A program made the translations under genes and the position numbers. A model generated the notes under the pieces. The model did not search any database and was not told where the DNA came from. It was given only the letters and a program-made list of their open reading frames with translations. Of a DNA stretch of 55,062 nt, positions 26,519 through 35,652 are shown piece by piece; the first letter of the stretch is position 1, and the number at the start of each line of letters is the position of its first letter. Origin of the DNA: Bacilli bacterium (GTDB lineage Bacteria > Bacillota_I > Bacilli_A > RFN20 > CAG-288); the NCBI GenBank assembly GCA_017470005.1, contig JAFUFH010000090.1:1-55062 (forward strand), read 5' to 3'.

Positions 26519-27547
26519 ATGAAAGAAATACAGGAAATCTTCCTTCATCGAAAAGTAGATTTAGAGAAACTATTCTCTTATGGTTTTACAAAACAAGAAA
26601 ACCTTTATGTTTATCCAGTCAATATCATGAATGATGATTTTCGATTAGATTTTTATTTTGATGGAAAAGACTTCACTAGAATCTATATTTATGACAATCA
26701 ATGGGAAGACGAATATTTTGATATCACAAATGATTCTACTTATGAGAATGTGAATTATAAAGTTAGAGAAGAGATAGAGAAGATATTAGAAGATATCAAA
26801 GAGAAATGTTTTTCGATTTCTTTATTTACTTCTCCTCAAGCCAATCGAATTGTCTCTCTTATTCAAAAGAAATGGAATATCTCCCCAGATTTCCCTTGGA
26901 ATGATGAGAATGGGGTGGTGAGAAATCCTGATAATCAAAAATGGTTTGGTCTTTTCATGCACATCGATGCAAAGAGAATGAAATTAGAGAGCAGGATGGT
27001 GGATGTTCTCAATGTCAAAATAGATCCTTTTAAGAATGAAGAAATCCTTTCTAGAAAAGGAATCTATCCCGCTTATCATATGAATCATAAATCCTGGATC
27101 AGCATCATCTTAGATGATACGTTAAGTGATGAGGAAGTGATGTCTTATATTGAGTGGAGTTATCTTTCTGTCTTAGAGGAGAAGAAAGAAAACCAAAGCG
27201 CATTTCTAGTACCTTCGAATCCTTCCATGTTTGATATCGAAAGAGAATTAAAAGAGACAGGCAGTATTCTATGGGAGAATCGGTGCCATGCGAAAGCGGG
27301 AGATGTCGCTTATATTTATTATGGTCAACCTTATTCTTCCATCATGCTTCTATGCAAGATAGAAAAAGTAGGGATTGAGAATCCTTTTCCTACCACGGCC
27401 AAGTCTTGTATGAAACTTGTCTTAATCAAGAAGTTTAAAGAAAAAGAACTTCCATTACAAGAATTAAAGAATCACGGTCTTACTTCCGTACGTTGCCAAA
27501 GAAAAATTTCTCCTTCTTTATTAGATTATTTGAAGATTTTTTCTTAA
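26519..27547 (+). CDS. MmcQ/YjbR family protein with C-terminal EVE/PUA-like domain
   Basis: KWFGLFM and YPAYHMNHKSWISI motifs; C-terminal KAGDVAYIY. Confidence 0.8.
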   Translation: MKEIQEIFLHRKVDLEKLFSYGFTKQENLYVYPVNIMNDDFRLDFYFDGKDFTRIYIYDNQWEDEYFDITNDSTYENVNYKVREEIEKILEDIKEKCFSISLFTSPQANRIVSLIQKKWNISPDFPWNDENGVVRNPDNQKWFGLFMHIDAKRMKLESRMVDVLNVKIDPFKNEEILSRKGIYPAYHMNHKSWISIILDDTLSDEEVMSYIEWSYLSVLEEKKENQSAFLVPSNPSMFDIERELKETGSILWENRCHAKAGDVAYIYYGQPYSSIMLLCKIEKVGIENPFPTTAKSCMKLVLIKKFKEKELPLQELKNHGLTSVRCQRKISPSLLDYLKIFS

Positions 27548-27645
27548 AAACGAATAAAAAGTAGTTAAAAATAGCTTTATTTTGATTTGTTAAAATTACG
27601 AAAGCGCTTTTATGGCACAAAAAGGATAAAAAGCGAAAAAAACAC

Positions 27646-27674
27646 TTGCACGAGCTTGAAACAATCGATATAGT
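27646..27674 (+). promoter_or_regulatory. Sigma-A promoter
   Basis: TTGCAC-17 nt-TATAGT. Confidence 0.75.
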
Positions 27675-27797
27675 ATTCGTCCATTCGACACAGCTATCGA
27701 CAGACGAAGACGAGACGATCATAAGTTTCAAAAGTTAACCCCCTTACTTTGTTGGCTCCAGCAGAAAACCGAATGGCAATCAAAAAGGAGGTACATC

Positions 27798-27935
27798 ATG
27801 AATTACAACAACACCAAAAAGACAGTGAAGACTTCCAAAAAGAAAGCCACTGCCAAGAGAGAAAGATTCTTCAGCTTATTCAGCGGATTAGTCGTTTCTC
27901 ACATCATGAACGTTTTCGAAGCTAACGACTTCTAA
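27798..27935 (+). CDS. Small 45-aa protein (not in the ORF track)
   Basis: SD AAGGAGGT; MNYNNTKKTVKTSKKKATAKRERFFSLFSGLVVSHIMNVFEANDF; own promoter and terminator. Confidence 0.8.
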   Translation: MNYNNTKKTVKTSKKKATAKRERFFSLFSGLVVSHIMNVFEANDF

Positions 27936-27954
27936 AACGAAGAATGAAAACAAT

Positions 27955-27981
27955 AGCCGCAGGCGTGTTCTGCGGTTTTTT
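27955..27981 (+). terminator. Terminator of the small ORF
   Basis: AGCCGCAGG/TCTGCGGTT stem with T-run. Confidence 0.75.
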
Positions 27982-28022
27982 CTTTTCAAAAAAGAAAAAG
28001 AGATTGTGATATAATTTCATAT

Positions 28023-29633
28023 ATGGCTTTAGATAACCTTTCTCTTTCCATCATTGCGGATGAAATCGAAGCGAAGATGCTAGATTGTCAAATAGGCACC
28101 CCATTGGCTCTCAGCCAATATGATTTTGCGTTGCCTTATTCGGATAAGGATAAGGATGGCAATATCAAGAAGGGAAGCTTCATTTTCTCTTTGGATCCTA
28201 CCAATCCTTTTGTCACCTATTCGGAAGAACGTTTTGCAAAGGTTCAGGATAATTCTATTTTCTTCAATTCTTTAAGAAGACTTTCATTATCCAAAGTGAC
28301 TTCTGTCAAGAAGCATAAAGGGGAAAGAATATTAACCATTTCGATGAAGGCAAATCAGAATGACATCTCTGAAATCAACACCGGATATGATTTGATTTTA
28401 GAATTATTCCCAAATCGCCCGAACTGCTATATCATCGCTTATCCTTCCGGAAGAATTCTCTCAGTTTACAAAGAACACACCGATATTGAAAAGGGAATCT
28501 TCATCACTCGTAACGCGATTTATCAATATCCAGATGAAAAAGGTGCTTTGCCAACAAATTTAGAGGACCCGGAACAAGCTAGACCTTATCTTCCTAATGC
28601 GACATTAAGAAGATTGAAACAATATGTTTTGGATGGTCATGATTTAAAAGATACCTTAGTTCGCATGACTACTTCCAAAGATATTTACGTCATTCACAAA
28701 GATATCTTGTCTTTTGATTTTGGGGACAAAGAGGCAAAGAAAGTCCCTGTTCCTCAGCTTTATTCCACTTTTGTCGGTGATCAAAAGAGCATCGCAAAGT
28801 TAGATAAAGTCAAAGAATTGGTCAAGTTGATTGAAAAAGCAATCAAGACAGCCACCAAAAAACTCAATAATCTCGAAAATGATTTAGCGACCGCCAAACA
28901 GAGAATGATTTATATGGAATATGGTCAAATCATTTATCTTTATCAAGGTGAGATTCATGTCGGGGATAAGATGTTAGAAAGAGATGGATATCAAATTCCT
29001 CTTGATCCTAGATGGAACGCTCCCAAAAATGCCAATGCTTATTTTAAAAAGTATCAAAAAGCCAAAGCGGCTTTAAAAATCTTAGCGGATATCATCGTCA
29101 AGACCAAAGATGAGATCACTTATTTAGAAAAGAAACTGATGGAAGCTAAGGATGGAACCCCAAGAGATGTCATGGAATTGAAATCGGAGCTTCTTTCTGA
29201 GGGTTATATCAAGGAAAAACAAGGAAGAAATACGGTTTATAAAGTTTCTAAAAAACACAAATATGAACCTCATTATCTTATCTTGCCTCAGGGTAAGATC
29301 GGTTTTGGTATGAATGGACTTCAGAATGAAGAGCTGACTTTTGAGATTGCCGCTAAGGATGATATCTTCTTCCATGTCAAAGACTATCCCGGTTCTCATG
29401 TCGTGCTTTTAGAAGGCAAGGACAATCAAGATATGAAGACACTTGCATGCGAGTTGTGTCTTTATTTATCACATCTTGATAACGGAACCATTATGATTGC
29501 AAAGAGAAAAGATGTTAAGAAAAATCCCAACAAAATCGGCTTGGTCAACATCTTAAAATATGAGACTCTTGTCGTGAAATTTATCCGTGAAGAATCCCTT
29601 TCTCTTTTTAAAAAGGCTCTCAAGGCAGAATAA
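28023..29633 (+). CDS. rqcH: NFACT/FbpA family ribosome quality-control protein
   Basis: MALDNL start; NANAYFKKYQKAK, GMNGLQNEELT and FFHVKDYPGSHV motifs. Confidence 0.88.
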   Translation: MALDNLSLSIIADEIEAKMLDCQIGTPLALSQYDFALPYSDKDKDGNIKKGSFIFSLDPTNPFVTYSEERFAKVQDNSIFFNSLRRLSLSKVTSVKKHKGERILTISMKANQNDISEINTGYDLILELFPNRPNCYIIAYPSGRILSVYKEHTDIEKGIFITRNAIYQYPDEKGALPTNLEDPEQARPYLPNATLRRLKQYVLDGHDLKDTLVRMTTSKDIYVIHKDILSFDFGDKEAKKVPVPQLYSTFVGDQKSIAKLDKVKELVKLIEKAIKTATKKLNNLENDLATAKQRMIYMEYGQIIYLYQGEIHVGDKMLERDGYQIPLDPRWNAPKNANAYFKKYQKAKAALKILADIIVKTKDEITYLEKKLMEAKDGTPRDVMELKSELLSEGYIKEKQGRNTVYKVSKKHKYEPHYLILPQGKIGFGMNGLQNEELTFEIAAKDDIFFHVKDYPGSHVVLLEGKDNQDMKTLACELCLYLSHLDNGTIMIAKRKDVKKNPNKIGLVNILKYETLVVKFIREESLSLFKKALKAE

Positions 29634-29773
29634 AGGAGGCAAAGATATTATTCTTTTAGAATAAATAATTTAGAAATACTTGAGAAAAGAGGAAAATATT
29701 CTTATTTTTCCGTTCATGAAATTGTTGACTTTGAAGTTGTAATTGTATATAGTATTTAACGCGATTGAAAAAT

Positions 29774-29847
29774 GCCCCCTTAGTTAAGTGGTATAACGGA
29801 TCCTTGGTAAGGATCAATTGCTAGTTCGATTCTGGCTCGGGGCACCA
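29774..29847 (+). tRNA. tRNA-Thr(GGT)
   Basis: Anticodon arm GATCC-TTGGTAA-GGATC; TTCGA loop; ACCA end. Confidence 0.9.
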
Positions 29848-29916
29848 CCTTGTTTATAAGTAGTTTATTTATATAAAATTCCGTCGTGTGCAATTCATTA
29901 TGCGGGAGGTTTCTCT

Positions 29917-30741
29917 ATGAGCGCTAACAAAGAAAAGAAGAACGCCAATCGTGCTCATGCCGTAGCTGCATGGGAATGGTTTAAAGAGGCAGCTTGGTTA
30001 CAAGTTTTACTCATCGTCGGCGTTGTCGTCGGTTTGGTTGTCGCTATTCCTTTCGTTGTTCAAGGCATCGTCTCTGCTATCAACAACAACGAATCTGACT
30101 TCTATCAAACTCACCAAATTTATTACAGCGATTTAGAAAAATACATCGCCGGTAATGATACGAACAATTCCAACGGTTTGGTTGGTAAGGGCGAAAGAGT
30201 CTCCTCTGTCTCTGACACTACAGAAGGCTTCGTCGTCATGTTCTACAAAGATAATTGCGATAACTGCGATACTCTTCAAAAGAATGTTGAAACCTGGTAT
30301 AAGAATGCTTCCACCACTTATGGTGAAGGCAAGATTAAATTCTTCACTATCAATGTTGGTTGGGTTCCCGCTGATGAAGCTAAGAGCACTCAATACGAAG
30401 GAACCAAAGAAAAATACGATAACAAATACATCACTCTTGAACAACAACAGATCGTCATTGACAATGTCAAAGATGTCTACTTAGATCAAGATGATGATCA
30501 CAAAGCTTCCGCTGTCACAGAAGATACCCTCAATGCTAGATTAGATACTGGTACTTCTTGTGCTACTCTTCCTACTCCCTTATTCGTCAACTACACCAAA
30601 GATAAAGAAAGCAGTTCTTTCTCCGCTTCTGATCCTTCTAAAGCCATCTTTGGCCCTATCGGTGGCCTTTCTAATAGCTCTGTGGAAGATGTCGCAAAAC
30701 AAATGAACGATATCTACAACTTCCAGATCTATAACAAATAA
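29917..30741 (+). CDS. Membrane-anchored thioredoxin-fold-like protein
   Basis: N-terminal TM; FVVMFYKDNCDNC CxxC motif; later TP motif. Confidence 0.65.
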   Translation: MSANKEKKNANRAHAVAAWEWFKEAAWLQVLLIVGVVVGLVVAIPFVVQGIVSAINNNESDFYQTHQIYYSDLEKYIAGNDTNNSNGLVGKGERVSSVSDTTEGFVVMFYKDNCDNCDTLQKNVETWYKNASTTYGEGKIKFFTINVGWVPADEAKSTQYEGTKEKYDNKYITLEQQQIVIDNVKDVYLDQDDDHKASAVTEDTLNARLDTGTSCATLPTPLFVNYTKDKESSSFSASDPSKAIFGPIGGLSNSSVEDVAKQMNDIYNFQIYNK

Positions 30742-30817
30742 ACCCTTTATTCGGTACGTAACGGTCAACCTCACGGTTGACCTTTTTCTTCGTTAAAAAA
30801 GGAGTCTTTATGACTCC

Positions 30818-31300
30818 TTAACCTAATTTCTTTTTCATGGCATCTAGAACTTCTTCGGGAACCATGGGAGAGATATCTCCGTGGAGAGAATAAATCTCTT
30901 TTACAGCGGAAGAAGAGATGAAGGCTTCTTCTTTATTTGCCATCAAGTAGACCATCTCTACTTCTGGTTGTAAGTAATGGTTGATTTCATGGAGCTGATA
31001 TTCCATCTCATAATCGGTCACGGCTCTCAAACCACGGATGATGGCTTTGATATCTCTATCGTGAGCGTATTTGACCACCATGCCGGAGAAGCTTTCGACT
31101 TCAAAGCCTTCATATTTAGAAAAGACTTTCTTTGCCATATCGACTCTTTCTTGGGTGGAGAAGAGATAATTTCCTTTTTTGGCGCCGTTGTCTGCGACTA
31201 AGATGATGATTTTATCAAAGAGGGTCTTCGCTCTTAAAGCAATGTCTACATGACCATTGGTGAGCGGATCAAAAGAGCCAGGATAAATTGCGATTCTCAT
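30818..31300 (-). CDS. coaD: Phosphopantetheine adenylyltransferase
   Basis: IYPGSFDPLTNGH, RGLR and ISSS motifs; start moved to MRIAI. Confidence 0.97.
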   Translation of the reverse strand: MRIAIYPGSFDPLTNGHVDIALRAKTLFDKIIILVADNGAKKGNYLFSTQERVDMAKKVFSKYEGFEVESFSGMVVKYAHDRDIKAIIRGLRAVTDYEMEYQLHEINHYLQPEVEMVYLMANKEEAFISSSAVKEIYSLHGDISPMVPEEVLDAMKKKLG

Positions 31301-31301
31301 A

Positions 31302-31844
31302 TCAGTTCTCCTTTCTATATACGGCGACATGTTTTTGTCCGTATCGATATTCTTTCATTTCAAATCCTTCGATTTCTTTATTGGGATAATCTTGTTCAGA
31401 GACGATGATACATTCCGGGGCTAATTGGTCTCTTTCCTTCATATCTAAGATGATATTTGCGTTGATGTTCATCTTGTAAGGAGGATCGAGGAAGATAAGA
31501 TCAAATTTGAGTTCAGAAGAGCGGCGAATAAAGACACGATAATCTCCTAAAAAGGTCTCATATTTTTCTGGTTCAACCCCAAGGTCTTGAATGTTTTCTT
31601 TGAGGACTTGGAAGGTTCCTCTATCCTTATCTACAAAGTAAACTTTTTTAGCACCTCTTGAGATTGCTTCTAAACCCATAGCTCCACTTCCAGCAAATAG
31701 ATCTACGGTAACAGCGTTAATACTTTTATCATGAAGTATGTTAAAGATGGCTTGGCGAACTTTGTCCATGGTCGGCCTGGTCACTTTGCTGTTAGGAATC
31801 TTTAAAAAGCGTCCTTTATAGATTCCAGCAATGATACGAATCAT
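31302..31844 (-). CDS. rsmD: 16S rRNA m2G966 methyltransferase
   Basis: RIIAG, TRPT, DLFAGSG and DPPY motifs. Confidence 0.95.
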   Translation of the reverse strand: MIRIIAGIYKGRFLKIPNSKVTRPTMDKVRQAIFNILHDKSINAVTVDLFAGSGAMGLEAISRGAKKVYFVDKDRGTFQVLKENIQDLGVEPEKYETFLGDYRVFIRRSSELKFDLIFLDPPYKMNINANIILDMKERDQLAPECIIVSEQDYPNKEIEGFEMKEYRYGQKHVAVYRKEN

Positions 31845-32170
31845 GATAAAACCTCCTTTGTTAATCCATCGCAAAGGGTGTTGATCAGTTTTCTTAATTT
31901 CTGATAATAGAAAAGATATTCTTTCATCAAATCTTGGTTTCTTAATTCATTGTCAAATTGATTGGCTTGTTTCAACAAGGATTGCTTCTTTTCTTCGTCT
32001 TTTTCTTCGTTTGCTAAAAGAAGAAGTTCATCTCTTTTTTGAGCCAAAGCAACACAAGTCTCATCCTCATTGAGAAGAGAATTAAGCTTTTGAATTCGCT
32101 GATAGAGAATAGACTCTCTTACATCTTGAAGGAACTGAGATTCCTCCATCATAAACTGAGTGGATGTCAT
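31841..32170 (-). CDS. YlbF/YmcA-like helical protein
   Basis: Helical, charged 109 aa upstream of rsmD-coaD, the synteny typical of ylbF. Confidence 0.55.
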   Translation of the reverse strand: MTSTQFMMEESQFLQDVRESILYQRIQKLNSLLNEDETCVALAQKRDELLLLANEEKDEEKKQSLLKQANQFDNELRNQDLMKEYLFYYQKLRKLINTLCDGLTKEVLS

Positions 32171-32232
32171 CGTGTAATAATTATAAGTGTATTCCGTATT
32201 CTTTGCAAAATTTATGTTATAATTTTCTCATT

Positions 32233-32781
32233 ATGAAACTGTTTAAGATTTATACAAATGATGACGAAGTCGTTCATCAAAGAGCTAGCGAAGTCCCTTT
32301 CCCGATTCCAGAAGAGACAAGAAAAACCATCATCGATATGGTGGAATATTTAAAGAATTCCCAAGATGATGAATTCGCTAAAAAGAATGGAATCCGTCCT
32401 GGAGTTGGAATTGCTGCCCCTCAGATTGGTATCTCTGAGCGTTTTTATGCCATCTATTTTGATGATGAAAATGATAAGCATTACGAATACGGACTAGTCA
32501 ATCCAAAGATCATCTCTTCCTCTGTGAAGAAAGCGTATTTAAAATCCGGAGAAGGATGTCTCTCTGTTCCTAAAGATATGCCTGGATATGTGTATCGTTA
32601 TTTCCGTATCACCATCAAGGGATATGATGTTTTAACCGATCAAGAAGTCACTTTGAAATTATCTGGCTATCCTGCGATTGTTTTCCAACATGAATACGAT
32701 CATTTAGACGGTGTTCTTTACACCGATAAAATCGATAAAAAGAATCCTTTCTTTGAGGATCCTGAAGCCGTTGGTATTTAA
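32233..32781 (+). CDS. def: Peptide deformylase
   Basis: GVGIAAPQ, EGCLS and QHEYDH motifs; start moved to MKLF. Confidence 0.97.
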   Translation: MKLFKIYTNDDEVVHQRASEVPFPIPEETRKTIIDMVEYLKNSQDDEFAKKNGIRPGVGIAAPQIGISERFYAIYFDDENDKHYEYGLVNPKIISSSVKKAYLKSGEGCLSVPKDMPGYVYRYFRITIKGYDVLTDQEVTLKLSGYPAIVFQHEYDHLDGVLYTDKIDKKNPFFEDPEAVGI

Positions 32782-32915
32782 TAAATACCAAAATAAAGCG
32801 GTTAACTATTTACATGAAACATTTTATTCACTAGAATATATCTAGCGAAAATTTTTGAAATGAAATCAAATCTCTCTATTTACTTGTTTTGATTTGAATT
32901 TGATGAGGTATATCT

Positions 32916-34604
32916 ATGGCAGAATCGAGAAAATCTATCGCATCCCCAGTCGAGATTTATGCTCTCGGCGGTTTGGGCGAGGTCGGAAAAAACATATATT
33001 GCATAGAAAATGATAAATCGATTTTAATTGTCGATTGCGGTGTTCTCTTCCCGGATAGCAACTTACCGGGTATCGATTACATCATTCCTGATTTCACCCA
33101 CTTAGTGGAAAATCAGCACAAGATCAAAGGCTTGGTCATCACTCACGGCCATGAAGACCACATCGGTGGTATTCCTTTCCTTCTTCAACAAGTGAATGTC
33201 CCTGTCATCTATGCTCCAAGAATCGCTTGTGCTCTCATCCGTCACAAGATTGAAGATGCTAAGCTTCCTTCCTTCACTCCCGTCATTGAATTCCAAGAAG
33301 ATTCACTTCTCACCTTAGGAGACTTCAATGTCGAATTCTTCCATGTCACTCACTCTATTCCTGATTCCTTCGGTTTGTTTATTACTACTCCTCAAGGAAC
33401 CATCTTAGAAAGTGGTGACTTCAAGATCGATTTGACTCCTGTTGATGGTGATTTCAATTTCTCTAAGCTCACTCGCTTTGGAGATAGAGGGATCGACTTA
33501 TTGATGGCGGATAGTACCAACGCCGAAAGAGAAGGTTATACCAACTCGGAAAGAACCGTTATCCGCGGCATCCAGGATGTCTTCTCTGAAGCTAGTGGAC
33601 GTGTTTTAATCTCCACTTTCTCTTCTAACATCTCTCGTATTGAACAGATCATTGAAACCAGTATCAAATTCAAACGTAAGATAGTCGTCTTTGGTAGAAG
33701 TATGGAAACCAATATCCAGGCGGCAAGAGAATACGGATATATCAAAGTTCCCGATGATTCTTTTGTTTTACCTCAAGATTTAGATATCTTACCTCCCAAT
33801 CAAGTCACTATCCTTTGTACAGGTACACAGGGTGAACCGATGGCGGTTTTATCTAGAATTGCTCGTGGCGATCACAAATTTATCCGCGTCTATCCTGGCG
33901 ATACCGTGGTCTTCTCTGCATCTGCAATTCCTGGAAATACTTCCGCAATCAATGCGTTGATCAACCAGCTCACTCGTTTAGGGGCTTCCGTTGTCACCAA
34001 TTCTGTCTTATCTAACCTTCACGCTTCTGGTCACGCTTCTAGACAAGAGATGCGTCTGTTACAAAAGTTAGCTAGACCGAGATACTTCATGCCGATTCAC
34101 GGCGAATATAGAATGTTGAAATTACACGCTAGAATCGCTGTGGAATGCGGATTAGAGAAAGATCACACTTTCGTTTGTGAAAACGGAGATGTTCTTACTC
34201 TTGTCAATCACAAAGTCTCTCGTGGAGGCAATGTAACTGCGGATTCTATCTATATTGATGGTAAGAGCACTGTCGGTATTTCTAACTCTGTCATCAAAGA
34301 TCGTTCTACTCTCATCAACGAAGGTGTTGTCGGTGTCTTCTTGGTCATTAATTCTAAGAAGAATACCTTGATGGCTATGCCTGTGGTGGAAAGCAAAGGC
34401 TTCATCTCTTCTAACAAGAAGGGTTTACAAAAGAAAGCTTCTGAAATCATCGGAATAGAAGTTCAAAGAGTTCTCACTTCCGGTCAGAAGGTGACTTATG
34501 CGGAATTGAAGAGTACCATCAAGAGTGTCACATCTCACTTCCTCTATCGTGAAGCTAGACGCACTCCGATGGTTATCCCTGTCATCATGAATGTAGGGGA
34601 ATAA
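32916..34604 (+). CDS. rnj: Ribonuclease J
   Basis: GGLGEVGKN, THGHEDHIG, HASGH and PIHGE motifs. Confidence 0.97.
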   Translation: MAESRKSIASPVEIYALGGLGEVGKNIYCIENDKSILIVDCGVLFPDSNLPGIDYIIPDFTHLVENQHKIKGLVITHGHEDHIGGIPFLLQQVNVPVIYAPRIACALIRHKIEDAKLPSFTPVIEFQEDSLLTLGDFNVEFFHVTHSIPDSFGLFITTPQGTILESGDFKIDLTPVDGDFNFSKLTRFGDRGIDLLMADSTNAEREGYTNSERTVIRGIQDVFSEASGRVLISTFSSNISRIEQIIETSIKFKRKIVVFGRSMETNIQAAREYGYIKVPDDSFVLPQDLDILPPNQVTILCTGTQGEPMAVLSRIARGDHKFIRVYPGDTVVFSASAIPGNTSAINALINQLTRLGASVVTNSVLSNLHASGHASRQEMRLLQKLARPRYFMPIHGEYRMLKLHARIAVECGLEKDHTFVCENGDVLTLVNHKVSRGGNVTADSIYIDGKSTVGISNSVIKDRSTLINEGVVGVFLVINSKKNTLMAMPVVESKGFISSNKKGLQKKASEIIGIEVQRVLTSGQKVTYAELKSTIKSVTSHFLYREARRTPMVIPVIMNVGE

Positions 34605-34609
34605 AGATT

Positions 34610-35179
34610 ATGATCATTCTAGCGAGTCAATCTCCTCGTCGTAAGGAGATATTAAAAGAAATATTAGGCGATGTCGAATTCACTTGTGTGCCTTCTTCTT
34701 TCGATGAAAGAAAAGTGCACGAAAAAGATTGTCGAAAGCTTTGTTTAGAAGAAGCGAGAGGCAAAGGAAGAGAAGTCGCTCTTGCTCACAATCAAGATAT
34801 CGTCATCTCTTCGGATACGATGGTCTCCTTCAAAGGGGAACAATTAGGAAAACCTAAAGATTATCAAGACGCCTTCAACACGCTTCAAAAACTCAGTGGA
34901 GAAAGCCATGATATCATCACGGCTTATTGCATCTTCGTCAACGGCGTGGAAGTCAGACACAGAGTTGTTGTAGCAAAACTCTTCATCGAAAAGATGGCGG
35001 ATGTGGAGATCGAGATGTATTTAGATACAGGTTCTCCTTTCGATAAAGCGGGAAGCTATGGAGTTCAGGATAAAGACTTCATCAATTCCAAAATCTTACA
35101 AGGTGATATGTACACCATCATGGGACTTCCTCGTTATGAATTAGAGGATGACCTTGTCGATTTAGGTATCATTGAATAG
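34610..35179 (+). CDS. maf: Maf-family nucleoside triphosphate pyrophosphatase
   Basis: ILASQSPRR, SDT and DKAGSYG motifs. Confidence 0.93.
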   Translation: MIILASQSPRRKEILKEILGDVEFTCVPSSFDERKVHEKDCRKLCLEEARGKGREVALAHNQDIVISSDTMVSFKGEQLGKPKDYQDAFNTLQKLSGESHDIITAYCIFVNGVEVRHRVVVAKLFIEKMADVEIEMYLDTGSPFDKAGSYGVQDKDFINSKILQGDMYTIMGLPRYELEDDLVDLGIIE

Positions 35180-35255
35180 AACCCAGCAACGGGTTCTTTT
35201 TTCTGCACAAAAAAAGATATAACCATCACAGTTATATCTTAAGTTGTTTATGTTT

Positions 35256-35651
35256 TTATTGTTTGATTTTGTCGACGTTTTCTTGAAGAAGTTTTGAAAA
35301 TTCTTCGCTCTTAGAACCGACGACAAGGACCACTTTGTTTCCCATGTACATCGCGCCTTGGAAGTGAGAGTCGATCTCTTCTTTATTCACGGCGAGAGGA
35401 TCGTTGACTTCGATGGTGACTCTACTACCTCTTTGGGTGATGCCTTTGATGTTTTCATTTCCACCGAAGCAAGAAGCGAGGGCACTTGCGGTTTCTGCAA
35501 CGACTTTATTGGCTTGTTCTTCACTCTCTTGAATCTTTTTGTTCTTTGCGATTTTGACGATGATGAAGACAACAACAGCCGCAAGAAGTGCGACACCTAA
35601 AGCGATGAGAAGGTAAACATAGATGGGTAAACCAGTATCATTTGGACTCAT
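35256..35651 (-). CDS. Membrane-anchored PTS EIIB-like protein lacking the catalytic Cys
   Basis: N-terminal TM; FGGNENIKGITQRGSRVTIEV aligns with EIIB LGGxxNI....CxTRL. Confidence 0.7.
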   Translation of the reverse strand: MSPNDTGLPIYVYLLIALGVALLAAVVVFIIVKIAKNKKIQESEEQANKVVAETASALASCFGGNENIKGITQRGSRVTIEVNDPLAVNKEEIDSHFQGAMYMGNKVVLVVGSKSEEFSKLLQENVDKIKQ

Positions 35652-35652
35652 A

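Noticed and set aside
27480-27731. 83-aa minus-strand ORF
   Set aside because: No SD; overlaps the promoter/leader of the better-supported plus-strand small gene and the end of the mmcQ-like gene
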